Shown piece after piece: positions 57,925 through 64,000 of a DNA stretch of 64,000 nucleotides. Each line of letters starts with the position of its first letter. Position 1 is the stretch's first letter. The stretch is taken from NCBI GenBank assembly GCA_040216775.1, contig JAVJOM010000047.1, forward strand, positions 25,941 to 89,940, given 5' to 3'. The notes beneath the pieces were generated by a model that saw nothing but the letters and a program-made list of their open reading frames with translations, had not been told where the DNA came from and made no database searches. The DNA is from Hyphomonas sp. (GTDB taxonomy: Bacteria > Pseudomonadota > Alphaproteobacteria > Caulobacterales > Hyphomonadaceae). Position numbers and translations under genes: made by a program.

Positions 57925-58481
57925 GGTGCGGGAGTTTCTTCGGCGGCCGGTGCAGAATAGCCCGATTCCACCATCAAGTAGGCGATCAGGCCCAACCGGT
58001 CTTCCGGCTTGCGTACACCTGCAAAGCTCATCCGGTTGCCAGGCAGGAAGGCGCGCGGATTGGTCAGCCATTCATCGAGGTGGACAGGCTCCCAGATGAA
58101 GTCGGCGTCCGTCAGTGCGTCGGAGTAGGCAAAGCCTTCCAGCGATCCGGCTTCGCGGCCAAACAGGCCATGCAGGTTTGGACCGACCAGGTTGCCGGCG
58201 CCTTCGGCTGTGAGGTGGCATGAGACGCACAATTTGAACGTGCGCTTGCCCCGGGCGTAATCGGCGGTGTTGTAGGGGGCGGGCAGGTTGGCGAACTCGG
58301 CGCTGGGTTCGCCAGCGGGTACGGCAGCCGGCGCAGCGACAGGCGTCGCGGTGGGCGCGGCCTGCGTGGTGGTGGTTGCGGCAGGTGCGCTCGGAGTCTC
58401 GGCTTCGGTCCCTGATCCACCGCACGCGGTCAGGAGGGCGATGGCGGAAAATGCGGCGGCAGACTTGAGTAGTGACGACAT
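57921..58481 (-). CDS. Class I cytochrome c (c2/cM-like) with lipoprotein signal
   Basis: CVSCH, VGPNLHGLFGR, PGNRMSFAG; LLTAC lipobox and an Ala/Pro/Thr linker. Confidence 0.9.
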   Translation of the reverse strand: MSSLLKSAAAFSAIALLTACGGSGTEAETPSAPAATTTTQAAPTATPVAAPAAVPAGEPSAEFANLPAPYNTADYARGKRTFKLCVSCHLTAEGAGNLVGPNLHGLFGREAGSLEGFAYSDALTDADFIWEPVHLDEWLTNPRAFLPGNRMSFAGVRKPEDRLGLIAYLMVESGYSAPAAEETPAP

Positions 58482-58619
58482 GGCGCAAGTGTCCTTTTGG
58501 TATGGCTCTGAGGCCAGTGTGTGCCTTTGCCGGGAGTGTTGCAACCATGCGGCCTCGCGACACTTTGCGCGACTGATGCTGTGCGGGACAAAGCGTGCTG
58601 GCTGGTTTATTGTTGTCCC

Positions 58620-60476
58620 ATGCCTGATTCCGTTCGTCCCAAGCCCCAGATTCGCCGATTGCCGCCCGATGTGGTCAACCGCATAGCGGCTGGCGAAGTC
58701 GTGGAACGGCCCGCGGCAGCCGTGAAGGAACTGGTAGAGAATGCGCTGGACGCCGGAGCGACACGCGTGTCGGTTTCGATTGAGGAAGGCGGCCTGAAGC
58801 GCATCACCATCGAGGATGACGGATGCGGCATGTCGGCGGATGACCTGCTGGTGGCGCTGGAGCGTCATGCGACGTCCAAGCTGGCGCCGGGCACCGACGG
58901 GCGGGTTGACCTGCTGAACATTCACACGATGGGCTTTCGCGGCGAAGCCCTGCCGTCGATTGCATCGGTCAGCCGGATGACGCTGACCTCGCGGGCGGCG
59001 GGCGAGGATGCCGCTGACGTGTTTATCGAAGCGGGACGGATCGAGGGACCGAGACCGGCCGCCTTTACGGGACGCGGCGAGACCGGCACGCGCCTTGAAG
59101 TGCGCGACCTGTTCTTCGCGACGCCTGCGCGGCTGAAATTCATGAAGGGCGAACGCTCCGAAACGATGGCCGTATCCGATGTGGTCAAGCGGCTTGCTAT
59201 GGCCAACCCGACCGTGGCATTCAGCCTGGAAAGCAATGGTCGCAACCTGTTCCGTCATGCCACCGAACCGGAGGGCGAGGACGGGCAACTGGCGCGCCTT
59301 GGCGCGATCATGGGGCGGGAGTTCCGCGACAATGCGGTGGCGATAGATGCCGAACGCGAAGGTGTGCGGCTGAAGGGCTTTGCAGGCCTGCCGACACTGA
59401 ACCGCGGCAATGCGCAGATGCAGTTCATGTTCGTCAACGGGCGCCCCGTGAAGGACCGGATGCTGAACGGAGTCATCCGGGCCGCTTATCAGGATTTCCT
59501 GGCGCGTGACCGCCATCCGATGGCGGCACTGTTTGTCGAGCTGGACCCTGAATATGTCGACGTGAATGTGCACCCGGCCAAGACGGAAGTGCGCTTTCGT
59601 GATGCCGGGAATGTACGGGGGCTGATGATCGGGGCGCTTCGCCATTCACTGGCTGCAGCGGGGCACCGTGCCTCGACAACTGTGGCGGGGTTTGCGCTGG
59701 GCCGGGCCAAGCCCGAAGCGCCGATGCCGACGGGCGCCCTGTTCCAGTCGCGTCCGCCTTCGGGCGGCTATGCCCATCAGGCCCCTGCGCCATCCTACCC
59801 GCCCTCAGCGTTCGCCGAGGCTGCACCGCGTCCCTATGATCACGACGATGCGCCGACAGCGCGGGTGGAAGCCGTGCCCGAGATCGCGCAGGGCAGTTTT
59901 CCGCTGGGCGTGGCCCGGGCGCAATTGCACGAGACCTATGTCGTGGCGCAGACGGCGGATGGCATCGTGATTGTTGACCAGCACGCGGCGCACGAACGGC
60001 TCGTCTACGAAGACATGAAACGCCAGATGGCGGCCGGTGGCGTGAAGCGTCAGGCATTGCTGATCCCCGATGTGGTGGAACTGACCGAGGATGAAGCCGC
60101 GCGCATACTGGAACGCGCTGACGAGCTGGCCGAACTCGGGCTGGAAATTGAAGCGTTCGGGGCTGGCGCGGTATGCGTACGCGCGACACCGGCCTTGTTT
60201 GGCGAAATGGATGCGATTGGCCTGATCCGCGACCTGGCGGATGATTTCGCCGAATATGATGCCGGACTGGCGCTGAAGGAACGGTTCGAGGAAGTGATGG
60301 GCAACATGGCCTGCCGCGGCTCCGTGCGGGCCGGTCGGCGGCTGAACAGCGACGAGATGAATGCGCTGCTCCGCCAGATGGAGGCGACCCCCCATTCCGG
60401 CCAGTGCAATCATGGCCGCCCGACCTATGTCGAACTCAAGCTGGCGGATGTCGAGCGACTGTTCGGGCGTCGCTGA
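58620..60476 (+). CDS. mutL: DNA mismatch repair protein MutL
   Basis: [25 protein letters not shown]; endonuclease motifs [11 protein letters not shown] and CNHGRP. Confidence 0.97.
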   Translation: MPDSVRPKPQIRRLPPDVVNRIAAGEVVERPAAAVKELVENALDAGATRVSVSIEEGGLKRITIEDDGCGMSADDLLVALERHATSKLAPGTDGRVDLLNIHTMGFRGEALPSIASVSRMTLTSRAAGEDAADVFIEAGRIEGPRPAAFTGRGETGTRLEVRDLFFATPARLKFMKGERSETMAVSDVVKRLAMANPTVAFSLESNGRNLFRHATEPEGEDGQLARLGAIMGREFRDNAVAIDAEREGVRLKGFAGLPTLNRGNAQMQFMFVNGRPVKDRMLNGVIRAAYQDFLARDRHPMAALFVELDPEYVDVNVHPAKTEVRFRDAGNVRGLMIGALRHSLAAAGHRASTTVAGFALGRAKPEAPMPTGALFQSRPPSGGYAHQAPAPSYPPSAFAEAAPRPYDHDDAPTARVEAVPEIAQGSFPLGVARAQLHETYVVAQTADGIVIVDQHAAHERLVYEDMKRQMAAGGVKRQALLIPDVVELTEDEAARILERADELAELGLEIEAFGAGAVCVRATPALFGEMDAIGLIRDLADDFAEYDAGLALKERFEEVMGNMACRGSVRAGRRLNSDEMNALLRQMEATPHSGQCNHGRPTYVELKLADVERLFGRR

Positions 60477-60484
60477 CCGGCCAG

Positions 60485-60601
60485 GGCTTGGGCGGCGGCG
60501 GTCATGCGAATGTTGGCCTTGGGGAACGTCTTGCCACAGCTGGCGCTGACATGGTTTTGTCCTCGCTCAAGGATACCTGCCGGACATTCGGTGGGCAGTG
60601 A
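60485..60601 (+). pseudogene. Probable C-terminal fragment of a HAD-superfamily hydrolase
   Basis: GLGGGGHANVGLGERLATAGADMVLSSLKD...* resembles the GxxGGGH...L..AGAD.V tail of CbbY/YieH-like HAD proteins; no proper start. Confidence 0.5.
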
Positions 60602-60619
60602 CACATCAGGGCGGGCAGA

Positions 60620-61762
60620 ATGAAAGCGGCTGAGGCTATCAATATTGACGACTTGCGGACACTGGCCCGCAAACGCCTGCCGCGCATGGTGTTCGACTAT
60701 ATCGATGGCGGCTCTGACGATGAGCTGACTCTCAGGCGGTCGGTGGACCGTTTCTCCGACTATGAGTGGGTGTGGAAATCTTTGGTTGATGTATCGACCG
60801 TTCGCACGCAAACGCGGGTATTCGGGCAGCCGAGTTCCCAGCCTTTCTTTGTGTCACCGACTGCGGCGTCGCGCCTGTTTCATCCGATGCGGGGCGAGCT
60901 GGCAGCCGCGCGCGCAGCCGAAGCGGCGGGCGTTCCTTATTCCGTGTCGACGCTGGCCAGTCACTCGATCGAAGATATCGCAAAGGCCGCGCCGACCATC
61001 CCCAAATTCATTCAGGTCTATGTCTGGAAGGACCGGGGTCTGGTGCGCGACTTTCTCGCGCGTGCAAAGGCGGCGGGATATGTCGGCTGTATACTGACGG
61101 CGGATGCCGTTATTGCCGGGAATCGAGAGCGCGACCCACGCAACGGGTTTTCCATTCCGCCATCTGTGAATTTCAAGACGGCGACGCAGGCGTTGGCGCG
61201 TCCCGGATACCTGCTTGATCTTGCCCGCTCCCCCCAAATCGGGCCGGCGAACTTTCAGGGTGTGGACACGGAAGGTCGGGACGTGATGGGCGTGATCAAC
61301 GACCTGTTCGATCGGACGATGACCTGGAAAGATGCCGAATGGATGGCGCAGGAATGGGGCGGGCCTTTTGCCGTTAAAGGCATCAGCACAGCAGACGATG
61401 CACGTCGGGCCGTTGATTCCGGTGCAAGCGCTGTATGGCTGTCCAATCATGGGGGGCGGCAGATCGATACGTCTGTCCCGGTCGTGGATTTGGTGCCCGA
61501 AGTGCGCGCGGCGGTGACGGAAAAGATCGAGGTGATTGCCGATGGCGGCGTGCGGCGGGGCAGCCATGTGTTGAAGCTGATCGCACGGGGCGCCACAAGC
61601 GTGGCGCTGGGGCGGGCCTGCCTTTACGGGCTGGCGGCAGGCGGCGAGGTGGGCGTCACGCGGGCGCTCGACATTCTTGGTGCTGACGTTGCGCGCCTGC
61701 TGGCACTTTTGGGCGTGCCTGATGTGAACGACCTTGACCAGAGCCTGCTGCGGATCCGGTGA
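60620..61762 (+). CDS. FMN-dependent alpha-hydroxy acid oxidase/dehydrogenase (LldD-like)
   Basis: FDYIDGG, GNRERD, SNHGGRQ, DGGVRRG. Confidence 0.92.
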   Translation: MKAAEAINIDDLRTLARKRLPRMVFDYIDGGSDDELTLRRSVDRFSDYEWVWKSLVDVSTVRTQTRVFGQPSSQPFFVSPTAASRLFHPMRGELAAARAAEAAGVPYSVSTLASHSIEDIAKAAPTIPKFIQVYVWKDRGLVRDFLARAKAAGYVGCILTADAVIAGNRERDPRNGFSIPPSVNFKTATQALARPGYLLDLARSPQIGPANFQGVDTEGRDVMGVINDLFDRTMTWKDAEWMAQEWGGPFAVKGISTADDARRAVDSGASAVWLSNHGGRQIDTSVPVVDLVPEVRAAVTEKIEVIADGGVRRGSHVLKLIARGATSVALGRACLYGLAAGGEVGVTRALDILGADVARLLALLGVPDVNDLDQSLLRIR

Positions 61763-61786
61763 AAGTAATGGGCGATGCGTCTACGA

Positions 61787-63211
61787 TCAGCCGAGGAAGC
61801 CGATATTCTTCTCGCTGAAATTGGCGAGATTTGGCAAGGCCGCCGCGAGTTCACCTGAGTCCAGCCCGAACCATGAGCCGAGCGTTGCTGCGTATTGTTC
61901 GACTGACACTTTGGGAATGAGGCGTCCGTGGGTGGAGGTGTAGCTTTCGCCAGACAGGTCGGGCGAGGGGATGTCACCATAGATCTGCTTGCCGACAACA
62001 GAGCCGCCGGTGACGATGTGGTGACCGCCCCAGCCATGATCGGTGCCATCTCCATTGTCGATCGAGGTGCGCCCGAATTCCGACATGGTGAACAGCGCCA
62101 CGTCGTTCCATGTCCCCATCGCCATCATGGCTGTGCGGAAGGCACCGATGGCCTGGGACAGCTGCGAGTGAAGCTCGGGCAGTGCGCCGGTCTGGTCGCT
62201 ATGCGTGTCGAAGCCGCCCATGAAGACGTAGAAGACCTGACGATTGGAATTTGTCGCATTGCGAATATTGACCGTATTGGCCACGGCCTTGAGCTGCGAT
62301 CCGACCGACGTTTCGGGAAACTCCGTACTCACGGCGGGTGCAGAACCCAGCGCGGTGTCATAAGCCTTGTTGTTTATGATGCTATTGCCTGACTGGCGGG
62401 CATAGTCGCGCGCAAACAGGTTGGTCTCTCCATAGCCCGTCTTGGACACGTAATCATCGAGCAGGTTTCGCGCCGTATCGATTTCGGATCCGCCACCCAG
62501 AATGTAATCCTCGTCGACAAGGCTGACTGTTTGGCCACCGCCAGCGCTGGCCGTGAATTGTCGGCCTTCGCGGCCGGACAGGAACACATCATTCGGGCCC
62601 GTCGAAACCATGGCATAGAGCGGGTTCATCGAAGAGTTTGCGCGGATGGCCGCGTCGGCAAAGCTGCCGCCCCAGCCATATTGCGCGCCTTCAACGCCAA
62701 GCGACATCCAGGTGGATTGCTGGTCATTGTGCGAGAACAGGCGGGGGGGAAGCGCGGCGCTGTTGGAGGCGATGCTGGAGCGTGTCGTTGGCTCGATCAA
62801 TGGGCCGACGTTTCCGACCACGGCGAGATCACCGGCCTCGAACATGTCCCGGAGTTCGGTCAATTGTTCTGGCATGCCGAACCGGCGCGATCCGAAGCTG
62901 GCAGCATTGTTCGGGTTGAGCGGCAAAAGATTGGCGATGTCACGCGAAGATGTGCCGGATCCGACGCCATAGGCGCCCCAGAGTCCAGGGCGCACGTTCC
63001 GCAATTGGTCATGCGAAGCCACGTCAACCGGAATGATCGTGTCCGCGTGGTCCATGCCACCCTTGAGGAAGATACAGACCAGCGCCTTGTAGCCTGACGT
63101 GTTGGCAGCGAATGCCTTGCCGCTTGCCAGCGTACTGAGAACGCCTGAGCCTGCGAGAAAGCTGGTCGCAGCCCCGGCGCGGAGGAATTTGCGTCGATTC
63201 ATGTTAGCCAT
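61787..63211 (-). CDS. DUF1501 protein with Tat signal
   Basis: NRRKFL, YKALVCIFLKGG, SHNDQQ, GGFDTH, SEFGRT, GTDHGWG. Confidence 0.9.
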   Translation of the reverse strand: MANMNRRKFLRAGAATSFLAGSGVLSTLASGKAFAANTSGYKALVCIFLKGGMDHADTIIPVDVASHDQLRNVRPGLWGAYGVGSGTSSRDIANLLPLNPNNAASFGSRRFGMPEQLTELRDMFEAGDLAVVGNVGPLIEPTTRSSIASNSAALPPRLFSHNDQQSTWMSLGVEGAQYGWGGSFADAAIRANSSMNPLYAMVSTGPNDVFLSGREGRQFTASAGGGQTVSLVDEDYILGGGSEIDTARNLLDDYVSKTGYGETNLFARDYARQSGNSIINNKAYDTALGSAPAVSTEFPETSVGSQLKAVANTVNIRNATNSNRQVFYVFMGGFDTHSDQTGALPELHSQLSQAIGAFRTAMMAMGTWNDVALFTMSEFGRTSIDNGDGTDHGWGGHHIVTGGSVVGKQIYGDIPSPDLSGESYTSTHGRLIPKVSVEQYAATLGSWFGLDSGELAAALPNLANFSEKNIGFLG

Positions 63212-63234
63212 TCTGGTTATCCCTGAATCTGGAA

Positions 63235-64000
63235 TTAGCGTTGGATTGCATAGGCGGGAGAGCTGATCGTCATGAAGGCCGCGAGTTGAACGCGTCGTTC
63301 AAGATCCGCCTGAGATGACGACGGTAGTGCCGTGACCGCCTCAAGAATGTCAGCCTTCACTTCAGCCGTCATCGTGTTGCCGGTCATGACCAGGTCGAGA
63401 TAATCGACCAGGGCCGATGGGTCGTCGGCGAGGGCAATTTCCCTCGTATAGTCGGGTGTAAAACTGACGCCGCCATTTGTGGTGGGCGAGTCGTCAAATA
63501 TGAAGCGGGTCAGCATGTTCATGTAACCGACGATGGAGCCCTCGTTCACGATCTGGAATTCCGGTGCGGTCAGCCCAAGTGCCCCGGTTTCCGTGCCCGG
63601 AGCAACGTAGCCCGGGCGATAGAAATTGAAGACAGATGGCGAATGGATCGGCTGCTGGCCAAGGCTTTCCACGGGGCTGGACGCAACCCGCAAGAGATAT
63701 TCCTCGTTGGAATTGATGTCCTGCACATCGAACGCGCGAACCCAGTTGATGAATTTGAGGACCGGCTCGCGGATCTTTCCGTTCTGTGTGTCCGTGAGGG
63801 CGCTGCTGCCATGAACGGAGCGATCCAGCAAAACGGCGGCGATGGTGGCTTCCAGATCGCCGCGTTCGCCGGTTCCGAACACGGTGCCATTGTTGGCCGT
63901 GTAGATGCCAGCGTCAAAGACATCGGCAACGCGCTTTACGTAATCAGGGCTGGGTGAGCTGGCCGTGAAGCGCTGGATCAGCTGGCGTGAGATGAAAGGG
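63235..64000 (-). CDS. DUF1800 protein; its 5' part lies beyond the window's right edge
   Basis: GKIREP and SPSVFNFYRPGY motifs; upstream partner of DUF1501. Confidence 0.88.
   Translation of the reverse strand, partial: PFISRQLIQRFTASSPSPDYVKRVADVFDAGIYTANNGTVFGTGERGDLEATIAAVLLDRSVHGSSALTDTQNGKIREPVLKFINWVRAFDVQDINSNEEYLLRVASSPVESLGQQPIHSPSVFNFYRPGYVAPGTETGALGLTAPEFQIVNEGSIVGYMNMLTRFIFDDSPTTNGGVSFTPDYTREIALADDPSALVDYLDLVMTGNTMTAEVKADILEAVTALPSSSQADLERRVQLAAFMTISSPAYAIQR

Noticed and set aside
1-64000. CRISPR arrays, tRNA/rRNA genes, IS elements, prophage genes
   Set aside because: By eye I saw no regularly spaced repeats, cloverleaf or rRNA signatures, transposase, integrase or phage structural proteins; no computational scan was run.

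Overview
High-GC chromosomal segment of an alphaproteobacterium. Gene order and protein style suggest Hyphomonadaceae (Hyphomonas-like); this is an inference. It is mostly core or metabolic: nadQ-like regulator, HD hydrolase, fabH, tag, ygfZ and dihydroorotase; the NYN | rpoZ-spoT-pyrE-pdxJ-acpS-rnc-era-recO cluster, which lacks lepB; parC; sirtuin; a TRAP transporter; an aminoacyl-tRNA-protein transferase; motB; hemB; acyl-CoA catabolic genes; ldtR; mutL; DUF1501/DUF1800. I saw no tRNA, rRNA, CRISPR array, integrase or transposase. The most notable signals are small accessory cassettes and the scars beside them. (1) An AT-rich stand-alone TIR-like gene at the hemB 3' end has an in-frame stop at codon 5. 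(2) A diverged, internally deleted copy of the 3' end of the 44861-45217 gene lies 2.6 kb away from it. (3) An echo of the acyl-CoA dehydrogenase 3' end follows an ArsR-SRPBCC pair. (4) A VOC gene with a SoxR-type promoter appears to have removed the start of the next gene, which is now a pseudogene. (5) A HAD-hydrolase-like tail fragment follows mutL. I found no clearly complete new multi-gene system. The TIR locus and the recurring cassette-scar pattern are the best leads.
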